Positions 41,987 to 53,170 are shown, counted from the stretch's first letter. The stretch: DNA of 64,000 nucleotides from an uncultured Gemmatimonadaceae bacterium (GCA_963822945.1 CAWGJO010000020.1:384001-448000), one strand, 5' to 3'. The notes: generated by a model from the sequence alone, not told the origin. Made by a program: numbers and translations.

Positions 41987-44437
41987 CTATCCCCCGCCGA
42001 ACGGATCTCCCGGCGGGGCCTCCAGCGCTTTCGTCGGCGCCGGCAGTTCGCGGCGATCGATCCACCGCTGGAAGTCGCCTGCGATGGCGTACCAATGCGC
42101 CCGCGCCGCCACGCTGCCCGTGAGAGCGCGCCGCGCCGCCTGCGGCTGCAGATCCCGGATCTCCAGTTCCATGATCGCCCGCACCTCGGGCGCCGCCGTC
42201 GTGTCGGCCGCCAGCAGCAGCAACCGGTCGGCCACGGCCCGCTGCGTCACCCGCTGCAGCGCCGCCAGCTTGCCGCTCGCGGGCACCGGCGCGTTCCAGG
42301 TATCGGCGATCAACGAGTCCACGGTCTCGCCGAGCGTCAGCATGTTCGGACGCCGTGTGGCGAATGCCACCAACCGCGCCGCCCGCTCGGGTTGCAGGAT
42401 CATGTCCACCACCATCTGCGACAGCGTCCGCGCCGCCGAGAGTTCGTCGAACGCCGGCTGCGTCTCGGTGCCGAACAGCTCCACGCGCGGCGAGACCTGG
42501 TCGGCGTTGGGTGCCAGCAGGGTGAGCACGGTGTCCGGAATGGCCAACTCGGCAGGGGTGATGGCGCCGAGCAACTGATGAAGCGCCGCCCGCTGCTGCG
42601 GGCCGGCAATCGGCCGGGTGGCCTGCTGCCCGTCGCCCACCACCACTTCGGCGTACTCCATGCCGCCGATGGTCTTGGACAGCGAGTTGAGCGCGTAGCG
42701 GTGGAAGAAGTACAGGGGCGCCAGCCGCTCCTGCAGCATGCCCAGCGGCTCGCCGGGACGCAGATTGCGGAGGCCGAAGTGCGCGAGCGCCACGCGCCGC
42801 ACGTCCATCTGGTTCTTGAGGAACTGCGCGGCCGTCGCCTGGTCGTCCCACAGATTGGTCCGCGGGTCGGAGGCGAAGTCTGGCCGGGCGTCGGCGTCCG
42901 ACAGGAACAGGTAGCCCTTCTTCAGGCCGTCGGCCACGATCGCCTTCAGCGAATCCTGTTCGGTGCCCGGCGGGAAGATGCCGTACCCCCAGTGGATGGC
43001 CCACACGTCATACGCGCCGGGTCCCACGGCATAGGCCTGTGACAGGTCGATGCGGCCGTTGGGATCGAGGAAGGCGCGCGGCGGAGGATAGTCCATCACC
43101 GACGCCCGGCCGTACGTGGAGGCGATGTAGTTGTGCGACAGCCCCAGGCTGTGCCCGATCTCGTGCGCGCTCACCTGCCGCACGCGCGCCAGCACGAACG
43201 CCGTGTCGGCCGGCGTCTTGGCGGCGCCCATGAGTGCCGCGAAGATGTTGTAGTCGGTGCGCGCCCGGTGCGAGTCGAGGCGCGAGACCCCCTTGATGAT
43301 CTCGCCGGTGCGCGGGTCGGTGATGGCCGCGCTCACCGACCACCCGCGCTCGTTGCGGTTCTCCCACACGAGCACGTTGTAGCGGGAATCCATCGGATCC
43401 ACGCTGTCCGGGCAGAAGTCCACCTTGAACCCGCCCTTCAGTCCGGCGTCGTCGAAGGCCTGCTCCCACCACTTCACTCCCTGCAGCGTGGCCGTCTTGA
43501 TCGGTTCCGGGATGCCGGGGTCCACGCAGTACACGATGGGGTTCTTGATCGGTGAGTTGGGGTCGTTCGGATTGACCCGCTCCAAGCGGTGCCGGGCGAT
43601 CCAGCGCTGCTGCAGCGGCTGGTCGATGGGCTGGGCATAGTCGTTGAAGGTGACGCCGAAGTAGCCGATGCGCGGATCCCAGGCGCGCGGCTTGTAGCCG
43701 TCGTCGGGCAACTGGAGCAGCGAGACGTGTTCGTGCAGCGTGAACGCCGACCCGTCGGGCGCCATGCGGCTCACGATGCCGCCCGGCCGGCCGTTGGTCG
43801 CGAAGGTGAGCGCCACGTCCACTTCCGTGTTCTTCGGGAAGGCCTTCGTCAGCGGGGCATAGACCACCGAGCGGTCCTTGGCCAGTGTGTAGTTGCCCTG
43901 CCGCGTGCGCTGCAGCGTCTCCGTCACGTTGGTCCAGTCGCGGATGAAGAACTCGGTCGCGTCAACCAGCAGATGGCCGTCCTCCACTGCCAGCAGCGGC
44001 AACGCCGCCACGGTGCTCACCGGAAACGCCTCGGTCACGGTGCGCTCGTGTTCCGGATTACCGACGGCACCGCGGAAGCGCGTATTCTGGAAGACCACGA
44101 ACACGTGGTCGGCGTTGCGGTCGAAGTTCACGATCTGGGTACGCCCGCCCGCCCCGCGATCGATGCCGATGGGATTGGAGCCCAGCCCGGTGGATTGCAT
44201 GGTGAGCATGAGGGCCGGGAACGAATCCCGCGGGATCTCGAGCAGGATCTTGTCCGTCGTGTCACTGAGATAGATGGGAATGAAGCCGTCGTGCTTCACG
44301 TATCCCACCGTCTTGGCGGCGATGCTCGTGCCGACGGGAGCGGGCTTGGGCGGGGCGGTGGGGCGCTGGGCGCCGGCGGCAGGAGCCAGGGCCAGGGCGC
44401 CCAGGATGATCGTGGCGGCAAGGGATTTCGAACGCAT
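41987..44437 (-). CDS. Secreted zinc-dependent metalloprotease (metzincin, DUF5117/DUF4953-type)
   Basis: Signal peptide; DPRIGYF, DPRTGEII, HEIGHSLGLSHN, Met-turn SVMDY. Confidence 0.9.
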   Translation of the reverse strand: MRSKSLAATIILGALALAPAAGAQRPTAPPKPAPVGTSIAAKTVGYVKHDGFIPIYLSDTTDKILLEIPRDSFPALMLTMQSTGLGSNPIGIDRGAGGRTQIVNFDRNADHVFVVFQNTRFRGAVGNPEHERTVTEAFPVSTVAALPLLAVEDGHLLVDATEFFIRDWTNVTETLQRTRQGNYTLAKDRSVVYAPLTKAFPKNTEVDVALTFATNGRPGGIVSRMAPDGSAFTLHEHVSLLQLPDDGYKPRAWDPRIGYFGVTFNDYAQPIDQPLQQRWIARHRLERVNPNDPNSPIKNPIVYCVDPGIPEPIKTATLQGVKWWEQAFDDAGLKGGFKVDFCPDSVDPMDSRYNVLVWENRNERGWSVSAAITDPRTGEIIKGVSRLDSHRARTDYNIFAALMGAAKTPADTAFVLARVRQVSAHEIGHSLGLSHNYIASTYGRASVMDYPPPRAFLDPNGRIDLSQAYAVGPGAYDVWAIHWGYGIFPPGTEQDSLKAIVADGLKKGYLFLSDADARPDFASDPRTNLWDDQATAAQFLKNQMDVRRVALAHFGLRNLRPGEPLGMLQERLAPLYFFHRYALNSLSKTIGGMEYAEVVVGDGQQATRPIAGPQQRAALHQLLGAITPAELAIPDTVLTLLAPNADQVSPRVELFGTETQPAFDELSAARTLSQMVVDMILQPERAARLVAFATRRPNMLTLGETVDSLIADTWNAPVPASGKLAALQRVTQRAVADRLLLLAADTTAAPEVRAIMELEIRDLQPQAARRALTGSVAARAHWYAIAGDFQRWIDRRELPAPTKALEAPPGDPFGGG

Positions 44438-44724
44438 GGGACGTCGGGTAGGAGTGAACGTCGGCGCGCGGCGCGGGCCCGGCGGGGAGAACACGGCGCC
44501 CGCTGCGCGAGATGCCCCAAGCTACACCGCGTGCCCCCCGGTGCGCGACCGGCGGTCCGCGGAGGGGCGATGGGACTCCGGCGGGAACCCCGCCGGCCCG
44601 GGCGGGACTCATGACCGTGGCGGCGAGACCCGCGCCGGCATGCGAGGGCCGGCGACCTATATTGAGCAGTCGGTCCATCCGCGTCAGCCGTCGATCGCGG
44701 GTTCGCGCAACACGAGGAGCTTCG

Positions 44725-45204
44725 ATGGGTTCACCGGCATCCGGTTCACATACACAGCCGGACCACGAAACGCAGGAGCGCACGGCACCGGCCGGGGCCG
44801 GCGCCGCCGATTGGCTCACCGCCGAGCGGCTGGCGCAGGTGCGCGGCATTCTGCTGGCGCTCACGCTGTTCATCGCGCTCGCCGTCTGGGTGCTGTACAG
44901 CCTGGGCTTCGAGGCACGCGGGCTGCACCTGGCCGGCAAGCTGCAGGTCGTGGGCGTCATGACGTGGCTGTACGCGCTGGTCCAGATCATCGACCATCGC
45001 TTCTGGAACAGCCGGTTCGCGCAGCGGCGGCGCGCCACGCTCGGGATCCCGGAGAGTCTCTTCGGTTGGCTGCTCGGCCAGATGCTCGCCTGGTTCGGCA
45101 TCGTCTACTACGCCCTCACCGACGACGCGCACTGGTACGCGGCCGGCCTGGCCATTCTGCTGCTCGCCTTCGTCGCCTTTCCCATCCGGCGCGATTCGCG
45201 CTGA
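44725..45204 (+). CDS. Hypothetical four-TM membrane protein
   Basis: GAGGAG RBS before ATG 44725; four hydrophobic helices. Confidence 0.65.
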   Translation: MGSPASGSHTQPDHETQERTAPAGAGAADWLTAERLAQVRGILLALTLFIALAVWVLYSLGFEARGLHLAGKLQVVGVMTWLYALVQIIDHRFWNSRFAQRRRATLGIPESLFGWLLGQMLAWFGIVYYALTDDAHWYAAGLAILLLAFVAFPIRRDSR

Positions 45205-45309
45205 TTGGGTTCGTCCGGCGGCCGGAAGGTTCTTCCGTCCGGCTGCCGATGGCGCTACCATAGTGACGAGACTTCGGATTATATCAGTTTCCTCCAGTCC
45301 TGCGCCCCC

Positions 45310-46380
45310 ATGCTGAGTCCGTCCTCCCTCGCCTTCCTCAAGCGACTGCTCGATTCGCCCGGCCCCTCGGGGTACGAGACGGCGGCGGCGCGCGCCTGGC
45401 GCGCCGAAGCCCAGACCTTCGCCGACATCGTGCGGAGCGACGTGGCCGGCAACAGCTTCGCCGAGGTCAATCCCGGCGGTTCGCCGACCATCATGCTCGA
45501 CGGCCACATCGACGAGATCGGCCTTATCGTGCAGTACATCGACGACGACGGGTACGTGTACATCGCGCCCATCGGCGGGTGGGATCCCGAGGTTCTCGTC
45601 GGCCAGCGCATTCGATTCCTGTCGGGCGACGGCAGCGTGGTGGGAGTGGTGGGCAAGAAGCCCATCCATCTCATGAAGACGGCCGACCGCGAGAAGGCGT
45701 CCAAGATCACCGACTTCTGGGTGGACATCGGCGCCGGCGACCGGGCCGAGGCCGAGCGCACCGTCGCCGTCGGCGACGCGGCCGTGATCGACTCGCACGC
45801 GGTGGAGCTTCCCAACGATCGCATCGTCTCGCGATCCATCGACGACCGCATCGGCGCGTTCACCGTGCTCGAGGCGTTGCGTCGATACAAGGAACGGCCG
45901 GGCAAGGCGCGCGTGGTCGCCGCGGCGACGACGCAGGAGGAAATCGCCTGGCACGGCGGGGGAGCCCTGATCGCCGCCAATTCGCTGAAGCCCCAGATGG
46001 CGATCGCGGTCGACGTCACCTTCGCCACCGACCATCCGGGCCTAGAGAAGAAGGAGATCGGCGATCACAAGCTGGGCAGCGGGCCGGTACTGGTGCGCGG
46101 CGCTCTCATCTCGCCGGTCGTGTTCGACCTGCTGCGCGATACCGCGAGCGCCGGCAGCATTCCGTATACGGTGCACGCCGAGGGACGGGCCACGTCGACG
46201 AATGCCGACGCGATTCACCTCGCCCGCGAAGGCGTGGCCACGGCGCTCGTGTCGATCCCCAACCGGTACATGCACTCGCCCAACGAGATGGTCAGCCTGC
46301 TGGACGTCCACCACACGGCCGCGCTGATCGCCGAGGCTTGCCGCGGCGTGGACGACCGCACCGACTTCACGGCACGCTAG
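45310..46380 (+). CDS. M42 family (TET-like) aminopeptidase
   Basis: PGPSGYE, GHIDEIG, SIDDRIG, QEEI, VDVTFA, RYMHSPNE. Confidence 0.93.
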   Translation: MLSPSSLAFLKRLLDSPGPSGYETAAARAWRAEAQTFADIVRSDVAGNSFAEVNPGGSPTIMLDGHIDEIGLIVQYIDDDGYVYIAPIGGWDPEVLVGQRIRFLSGDGSVVGVVGKKPIHLMKTADREKASKITDFWVDIGAGDRAEAERTVAVGDAAVIDSHAVELPNDRIVSRSIDDRIGAFTVLEALRRYKERPGKARVVAAATTQEEIAWHGGGALIAANSLKPQMAIAVDVTFATDHPGLEKKEIGDHKLGSGPVLVRGALISPVVFDLLRDTASAGSIPYTVHAEGRATSTNADAIHLAREGVATALVSIPNRYMHSPNEMVSLLDVHHTAALIAEACRGVDDRTDFTAR

Positions 46381-48159
46381 ACGACCGCCTGCCCTTCTTG
46401 GTCAGGCGGGCCACGGTATCGCGCACTTCCTTCACGCGATCCGAGGCCAGCGTCTTGAGCACGGCGTCGGCCAGCGGCGATTTCACCTCGGCCAGCGCCT
46501 GAACGGCCGCCACTCGGAACGCGGTGGACTTCTTCTTGAAGAAGCCGCGCTCCGGCTCGGCCGCCCGGATGAGCCGCTCCACCGCCGACGCCGTGCCGAC
46601 GCGCCCCAGCGCCAGCAGCATGGCCAGCTGCACGTCGGTGTCCTGCTCCGCATCGATGGCGGTGATCAGCGTCGTGGCCGTCTTGGGATCTCCACTGGCG
46701 GCGATCGCGAACGCCGCCTGCATCCGAACCTGCGGAGACCTGTCGAGCACGGCCTCCCGCACCGCCTGCCGCGCGCTCTCCGTGCCCAGCTGCATCAGCG
46801 CGTTCGTCGCGGCGCGGCGCACCCGTTCGTCCCCATGGTGCAGCAGTTCCAACAGCGCGGGCTCGGCGTCGGTGGCTCTCAACTCGCCCAACAGGTCCGC
46901 CGCGTTGCGCGCCACGAACCAGCGCGCATCGCCGAGCATGGTCACCAGAGCGGCCACGCTGCTCTCGAGCTTGGTGAGGGCGTCGAACAGCACCGCCCGG
47001 TCGTCGTTCGTCTGCGCCTGCGTTACCTGTTCGATGGCCGCGTCGGCGCCGTCCTGACCCATGCGCACCAGCACCGCCAGCACGTCGTCGTGTCGCTCGG
47101 GCGCCTGCGTCAGCAGACCGGCCACCGCGCGCAGGAAGAGCGGCTTCGACAGTCGCCGCAGCGCCATGACGTAGGCCTTCCGCACGTCGGGATCCGTCAC
47201 CGAGTCTTCCTGCCCGATCACACCGTGCATCAGCTCGAGCACGGTGAGCGGCTTGCCCTGGCGCGCCGCCTCGTCGGCCAGCGAGACCACGTCATCCAAC
47301 AACCGGATGGTCTCGATCGCGTTCCCGCTGCCCGCCAGGCGCGCCAGCAGCGCCGCGGGCGATTCCTTCACGTTGCCGATGGACGAGAACTGATAGAACA
47401 TGCCTTCCGTGTCCCGCGACACGAGTCCCGCGACCGGCGGAGGCCCGGACTCGTCGGCCGCCGGCGCGGGAACCGGGCTTTCCGCCGCCACCGGAGCCAC
47501 GGGCTCGGCCGGCGGCTCCGGTTCCGGCTCGGCTTTCGGCTCCGGTTCTGATGCTGGTTCCGGTTCCGGTTCCGGTTCCGGTTCCGCCTCCGCGTCCGAC
47601 TCCGACTCGGCCTCGGGTTCGGGTTCGGCCTCCGGCTCTCCGGTTCTGCCTCCGGCTCGGGCTCCGGTTCGGGCTCCGGCTCGGGCTCCGGTTCTGGCTC
47701 TGCCTCCGGCTCGGGCTCCGGTTCGGGCTCCGCCGGTGGTTGCTCGAAGTCACCGGCACCCACGAAGCGGAGTGTCACGGCATCGAGGTCCGCCAGTCGC
47801 TGGTGCAAGGCACCGGGATCCGGCTGGTCGGGATCCACGAGCGCCAGCGCTCGGGCAAGGTCCAGTAACTCTCCCGCCAACGGCTGTTTCGCGAAATCGA
47901 TTTCGGCAAGCCGCCCGGCCTGCATGCGCGCGGTCAACTCCGGCACGCCGGACAGCACCGGAAGCACCAATTCCCCGCCGGCAAAGAGCGCGTCCTCGGC
48001 GACGCGGAACCGAACGGCCCCCTGCTTGCCGATCGCGACCACGCCGCGCAGCGACACCTTCTGCTCATCCACGTTCTCGCTGTCGTGAATCAGCAGCCAG
48101 ACGAGCCGCGCGAAGAGCCGTGCGAATGTGGTCGAGAGTTCCATAGGCGGGACAGACAT
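46367..48159 (-). CDS. HEAT-repeat protein with Glu-Pro repeat linker, frameshift near 47640
   Basis: N-terminal helical domain and EPEPE linker in one frame; linker continues into HEAT repeats (DARWFVARNAADLLG, DERVRRAATNAL, SPQVRMQA) in another. Confidence 0.8.
47515..47735 (-). repeat. Intragenic 6-bp tandem repeat encoding (Glu-Pro)n
   Basis: Runs of GGTTCC/GGCTCC/GGTTCG/GGCTCG hexamers on the plus strand. Confidence 0.9.
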
Positions 48160-48315
48160 GCCCCTCAGCGTGCGGGGGAGGGAGAGCGTGGAAGTTAGGC
48201 TGTTCCCGCCGCGCGACGCCACCCGACAGGACGTACGGGGGGACGATCCGCCCCATCGGTTGGCCCGCGACTGGACCCGCGACTAGACTTCCAGCCACCC
48301 CAAACGAGCACACTC

Positions 48316-49593
48316 ATGAACGCCTTCACTCGCTTCTCGCTTCTGGTCGCCGGCGTCGCGGCCACCGCCTGCGGCCCCGCGCGCACGGCACCCACGCCGG
48401 TGCCCACCCCCGACTCCCTGCGCATCCGCGAGGACATCGCCTATCTGGCCAGCGATCGTCTGGAAGGACGCCGCGCGGGGACGCCGGGCAACGACAGCGC
48501 CGCCGCGTACATCGCGCGGCGCTATCGGGCCCTCGGCCTCGACGGCATGACGCCGGTCTCGTATCTGCAGCCGTTCGTGGCCCGGCCGGCGGCCGGCCCC
48601 CACTCGGTGGCCGAGGTCCTGCCCACGCAGAACGTCGTGGCCATGCTGGCCGGCACCGACGCGGTGCTGCGCAACGAGTGGGTGGTGATCGGGGCGCACT
48701 TCGACCATCTCGGCCGCTCCTCGCAGGATGCCCTGGATCCCGAGGCCGGCAACGCCATCCGGAACGGCGCCGACGACAACGCGTCGGGTACGGCGGCGGT
48801 AATGGAACTGGCGCGCATCTTCAAGGCGGCGCCCACGCGCCGCTCGCTGCTGTTCGTGAACTTCAGTGCCGAGGAGGAAGGCTTGCTCGGCTCGGCGTAC
48901 TTCGTGGACCATGCGCCCGTCGCGCTCGACAGTATCGACGCGATGATCAACTTCGACATGGTCGGCCGCCTCCGGAACGACCGCCTCATCGTCTACGGCG
49001 TGGCCACGGCCCCCGAATTCCCGGGGATGCTCGACAGCGCCAACGCCGGCCGGGTGCGGATCTTCGGACAGGGCGACGGCTTCGGTCCCTCCGATCAATC
49101 GTCGTTCTACGCCAAGAACATTCCGGTCCTCCACTTTTTCACCGATCTCCACGAGGACTATCACCGCGCCACCGACGACGTGGACAAGATCAACGCAGCC
49201 GGCGAGGACACCGTGGTCGAGATCGCCGAACGCGTCATCCGCGACATCGCGAACCGGCCGTCCCGCGTCACCTTCGTGCGCGTCCCCACCAAGCCCACCG
49301 TCGCCGCGTCGGGCTCCGGGACCGACGTCTACTTCGGGTCGATTCCCGATATGGCGGCCGGCGAGATCGAGGGGGAGCGGCTCACGGGCATCACGCCCGG
49401 CAGCCCGGCCGACAAGGGCGGGCTCAAGGCCGGTGACGTGGTGGTCGAGTTCGGCGGGGTTCGGGTCACCGACCTCACCAGCTACTCGCAAGCCCTGTAT
49501 GCACACAAGCCGGGCGACGTGGTGCCCGTCGTTGTGCTCCGCGACGGCCAGCGGCTCACGCTCAGCGTGACGCTCGGCAAGCGCGGCGGCTAG
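48316..49593 (+). CDS. M28 aminopeptidase lipoprotein with C-terminal PDZ domain
   Basis: Lipobox-like ATAC; GAHFDHLG, GADDNASG, AEEEGLLGS, SDQSSF, DYHRATD; PDZ GSPADKGGLKAGD. Confidence 0.92.
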   Translation: MNAFTRFSLLVAGVAATACGPARTAPTPVPTPDSLRIREDIAYLASDRLEGRRAGTPGNDSAAAYIARRYRALGLDGMTPVSYLQPFVARPAAGPHSVAEVLPTQNVVAMLAGTDAVLRNEWVVIGAHFDHLGRSSQDALDPEAGNAIRNGADDNASGTAAVMELARIFKAAPTRRSLLFVNFSAEEEGLLGSAYFVDHAPVALDSIDAMINFDMVGRLRNDRLIVYGVATAPEFPGMLDSANAGRVRIFGQGDGFGPSDQSSFYAKNIPVLHFFTDLHEDYHRATDDVDKINAAGEDTVVEIAERVIRDIANRPSRVTFVRVPTKPTVAASGSGTDVYFGSIPDMAAGEIEGERLTGITPGSPADKGGLKAGDVVVEFGGVRVTDLTSYSQALYAHKPGDVVPVVVLRDGQRLTLSVTLGKRGG

Positions 49594-49618
49594 CGGACCG
49601 GGCGCCGGCCGGCACGTC

Positions 49619-50539
49619 ATGCTTCACGCCTGGTCGAGCGCCCGCTATACCTTTCCGCTCCCCGACGGGCACCGCTTTCCGATCGAGAAGTACGAGCGCG
49701 TCCGACGCCGCGTGCTGGACGAGGGCATCGTGGACGCCGCGTGCCTGCACGATCCCGACCGCGTGGCGGACGCCGACCTGTTGCGCGTCCATACGGCGCC
49801 CTACGTGGAGGCCTTCACCGCCGGCACGCTCGACGCCGCGGCCGTCCGGCGCATCGGCTTTCCCTGGTCGCCGGCGCTGGTCGAACGATCGCTGCGCGCC
49901 ACGGGGGGCACCGCCGAGGCTGCGGCGTTCGCCCTCGAGCACGGGATCGCGATGAACCTGGCCGGCGGCACCCACCACGCCTTTCCGGACCACGGCGAGG
50001 GGTTCTGCGTGTTCAACGATGTCGCGGTGGCGGTGCGCGCGCTGCAGCATCGCGGGCGCCTCGCCCGCGCCGCGATTCTGGACCTCGACGTGCATCAGGG
50101 CAACGGCACGCACGCGATCTTCGCCGGCGACGCCAGCGTGTTTACGTTCAGCATGCACGGCCGGCGCAATTATCCCTTTCGCAAGGTGGCGGGCGACCTG
50201 GACGTCGAACTCGACGATGGCGCCACCGACGACGACTACCTGGCCCGCCTCACCACCGAACTGCCCCGGGTGCTCGCGCGCGCCCGTCCGGAGCTCGTGG
50301 TCTACCTGGCGGGGGCCGACGTCCACGAACACGACCGGCTGGGGCGGCTGCGACTGACCGCGGCGGGGCTCGCCCGCCGGGACGTGCTGGTGCTGGAGCA
50401 CTGCCGGGACGTGGGACTGCCGGTGGTGATCACGATTGCCGGCGGCTACGGCCGGGACCTCGAGACTACGGTCGGGCTCCACGTCCAGACGGCGCGCATC
50501 GCGTCGCAGTTCGCGAGCGGGATCCCCGCCCTCCGATGA
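49619..50539 (+). CDS. Histone deacetylase family (Zn-dependent amidohydrolase)
   Basis: GHRFPIEKY, GGTHHA, GFCVFND, DLDVHQGNGT, AGADV, GGY. Confidence 0.93.
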   Translation: MLHAWSSARYTFPLPDGHRFPIEKYERVRRRVLDEGIVDAACLHDPDRVADADLLRVHTAPYVEAFTAGTLDAAAVRRIGFPWSPALVERSLRATGGTAEAAAFALEHGIAMNLAGGTHHAFPDHGEGFCVFNDVAVAVRALQHRGRLARAAILDLDVHQGNGTHAIFAGDASVFTFSMHGRRNYPFRKVAGDLDVELDDGATDDDYLARLTTELPRVLARARPELVVYLAGADVHEHDRLGRLRLTAAGLARRDVLVLEHCRDVGLPVVITIAGGYGRDLETTVGLHVQTARIASQFASGIPALR

Positions 50540-51417
50540 CCGGCGCACCGTCGATTCCGGAGCCGCGCGCCTCGGGCTTCACGACGAGCACCGAGGTGCC
50601 GCTGTACTGGGCCGCATACGGTCCCACCGGGGGCGCGCGGGCCATCGTGCTCCACGGCGGTCCCGGCGCCGACCACGCGTATCTGCTGCCGCAGATGCTC
50701 GAACTCGCGCGGGGGCGTGAACTGCTGTTCTACGATCAACGCGGTGGGGGCAGATCCCGCACCGACGCCCGCGATCCGATCACCTGGCAAACACACGTGG
50801 CGGATCTCGGCGCGGTCCTGCGCGAATTCGGCGACCGGTCGCCGACCATCGTGGGATACTCGTGGGGCGGGTTGTTGGCGCTCCTCTATGCCTCCCGCGC
50901 GGCGCACGAGTCGGCGCTTCCCCCGCCCTCCCGCCTCGCCCTCATTGACCCGGCCCCCGCGTCGCGGCAATTTCGGGAGGAGTTCGAGACGGAATTCGCC
51001 CGGCGCCAGACCGCCCCGGCAGTACAGGCGCTGCGCGACGAGCTGGCCGGATCGGGCCTCCGGGAGCGGGATCCGGAGCAGTACCGGCATCGCGCGTTCG
51101 AGTTGAGCGTGGCCGGTTACTTCGCCGATCCGCGCGCGGCGCGGAACCTCACGCCGTTCCGGGTGGTAGGGCGAGTGCAGCAAGCCGTGTGGGAGAGCCT
51201 TGGTGACTACGATCTGGTGCGCGACGGAACGCTGTCCGCCGTTCACTGCCCGAGCCTGATCGTGCATGGCCGCCAGGACCCCATCCCACTGGCGTCATCC
51301 GAGGCGTGTGCGCGCGCCATCGGGGCGAAGCTGGTAACGTTGGAGGCGTGCGGCCACGTGCCGTACGTTGAACAGCCTGCGGCTCTCTTTGCCGCACTCG
51401 AAGACTTTCTTGCGTGA
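50536..51417 (+). CDS. Alpha/beta hydrolase (proline iminopeptidase-like)
   Basis: LHGGPG, YDQRGGGRS, GYSWGG nucleophile elbow, GRQD, CGHVP; ATGA overlap. Confidence 0.88.
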   Translation: MTGAPSIPEPRASGFTTSTEVPLYWAAYGPTGGARAIVLHGGPGADHAYLLPQMLELARGRELLFYDQRGGGRSRTDARDPITWQTHVADLGAVLREFGDRSPTIVGYSWGGLLALLYASRAAHESALPPPSRLALIDPAPASRQFREEFETEFARRQTAPAVQALRDELAGSGLRERDPEQYRHRAFELSVAGYFADPRAARNLTPFRVVGRVQQAVWESLGDYDLVRDGTLSAVHCPSLIVHGRQDPIPLASSEACARAIGAKLVTLEACGHVPYVEQPAALFAALEDFLA

Positions 51418-51455
51418 CCGCGGCCCCGCCGCCTCAACACTCCGGCATCCGGACC

Positions 51456-51911
51456 ATGTCGTCGAACGAAACCATCATCCAGCCGTACATCACCACCATC
51501 GAACCGGACGAACACAAGCTGCACGTGTCCTGTCGGATCGCGTTCGACGGGATCGAGTACGTCGGCCGGCTATGGTTCGCCGACGACGGGTGGGATGACT
51601 CGGGTATTCCCGACCGCGGCGCCCTGCCCGGCCGGTCGCACGACGAGGTGATCGCGCTCGCCAAACGGCTGAGCCCCACGGAACTCACCCTGCGCTACCG
51701 CCGCGCCCTTGCCGAGAAACGTCGATTCATGCAACTGCGCAAAGCCACCGAGGAGATCCTCTCGAAGATCCGCTACCTGAATCAGGTGGCGATCTCGATG
51801 CGGGCGGGCCTGCTGGACGAGGAGGGGGCCACCCAGGAGATCGACCTCACGGAGAAGCAGCTCCACGACTGCGTGGACCGGTTGAAGTCGCACGCCGGTG
51901 TCGAGTCCTAG
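51456..51911 (+). CDS. Hypothetical protein
   Basis: Globular-looking ORF (FDGIEYVGRLWF, IPDRG, YRRALAEKRRF); alternative GTG start at 51414. Confidence 0.75.
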   Translation: MSSNETIIQPYITTIEPDEHKLHVSCRIAFDGIEYVGRLWFADDGWDDSGIPDRGALPGRSHDEVIALAKRLSPTELTLRYRRALAEKRRFMQLRKATEEILSKIRYLNQVAISMRAGLLDEEGATQEIDLTEKQLHDCVDRLKSHAGVES

Positions 51912-52569
51912 ACGCCGCCGCGGCGCCCTGAAGGGCGCCGCGCTCGAGCGTCAGGCCCAGGAGGTGCTGCACCGGCTGCTCGCGGAGTATCCGGACGCCC
52001 ACTGCGCCCTCGATTTCAAGAACCCCTATCAGCTCCTGGTCGCCACCATTCTCAGCGCGCAGTGCACCGACAAGCGCGTGAACATGGTCACGCCGGCGCT
52101 GTTCAAGAAGTACCCCACGCCCCGGGCGCTCGCCAAGGCCCGCCAGGAAGACGTGGAGACGCTCATCAAGAGCACCGGGTTCTTCCGCAACAAGGCCAGG
52201 AACCTCATCGGGATGGCGGGCGCGGTGGTGGACGAGTACCGCGGAACGATCCCCGACACCATGGACGCACTCACGCACCTGCCGGGCGTGGGCCGGAAGA
52301 CGGCCAACGTGATCCTCGGCAACGCATTCGACAAGAACGAAGGCATCGTCGTCGATACGCACGTCACGCGTCTGGCCGAACGGCTCGGCCTCTCGCGGGC
52401 CAAGACGGCGGAGAAGATCGAGGAGGAACTGATGCCGCTCTTCCCACGTGCGCAGTGGGCGATGCTCTCCCACCTGCTGATCGAGCACGGCCGGCGCATC
52501 TGCGACGCGCGCAAACCGAAATGCGGCGAGTGCGTGCTCAGCGACATCTGCCCGAGTTCCACGGCCTGA
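51898..52569 (+). CDS. nth: Endonuclease III
   Basis: LSAQCTDKRVN, LPGVGRKTANV, VDTHV, 4Fe-4S motif CDARKPKCGECVLSDIC. Confidence 0.97.
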   Translation: MSSPRRRRGALKGAALERQAQEVLHRLLAEYPDAHCALDFKNPYQLLVATILSAQCTDKRVNMVTPALFKKYPTPRALAKARQEDVETLIKSTGFFRNKARNLIGMAGAVVDEYRGTIPDTMDALTHLPGVGRKTANVILGNAFDKNEGIVVDTHVTRLAERLGLSRAKTAEKIEEELMPLFPRAQWAMLSHLLIEHGRRICDARKPKCGECVLSDICPSSTA

Positions 52570-52685
52570 TACCCGCCGGCCTCCGACATCGACGGGCGGC
52601 CGAATTCCGCACTGCCCCTCCCGACCGCGCCGGAAAGGCCTAGTTTATTTCCGACATCCAATCCATTCCTCTGGCCCGTATATCC

Positions 52686-53147
52686 GTGAGCAAAACCGCA
52701 ACGTTCGAAACCAATCGCGGCACCATCGTCGCCGAGCTGTACGACAAGGAAGCGCCCAATACGGTGGCGAACTTCGAGAAGCTGGCCAACTCGAAGTTCT
52801 ACGACGGCGTGAAGTTCCACCGCGTCATCCCCGACTTCGTCGTGCAGGGGGGCGACCCGCTGTCGCGCGACCTGCCCGCCGGCGATCCCCGCATCGGTAC
52901 CGGCGGACCCGGCTGGAAGATCAAGTGCGAGACCGCCGGCAATCCCCACAAGCACGTGGTCGGCGCGCTCTCCATGGCCCACGCCGGCAAGGACACCGGC
53001 GGCAGCCAGTTCTTCATGGTGCTCAGCGAGGGCAACACCCGGCACCTGAATGGAGTGCACACCGTGTTCGGCCGGATCACGCAGGGCCTCGACGTGATGC
53101 AGAGCATCCACCAGAACGATGTGATGAACACCGTGCGCGTCGCCTGA
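52686..53147 (+). CDS. Cyclophilin-type peptidyl-prolyl cis-trans isomerase
   Basis: [44 protein letters not shown]. Confidence 0.95.
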   Translation: MSKTATFETNRGTIVAELYDKEAPNTVANFEKLANSKFYDGVKFHRVIPDFVVQGGDPLSRDLPAGDPRIGTGGPGWKIKCETAGNPHKHVVGALSMAHAGKDTGGSQFFMVLSEGNTRHLNGVHTVFGRITQGLDVMQSIHQNDVMNTVRVA

Positions 53148-53170
53148 CCGCACCGCCCACAGGAGCTTCC

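Noticed and set aside
47515..47735. CRISPR array or mobile element
   Set aside because: Coding hexamer repeat with no unique spacers; I saw no cas, transposase, integrase, tRNA or rRNA genes anywhere in the window
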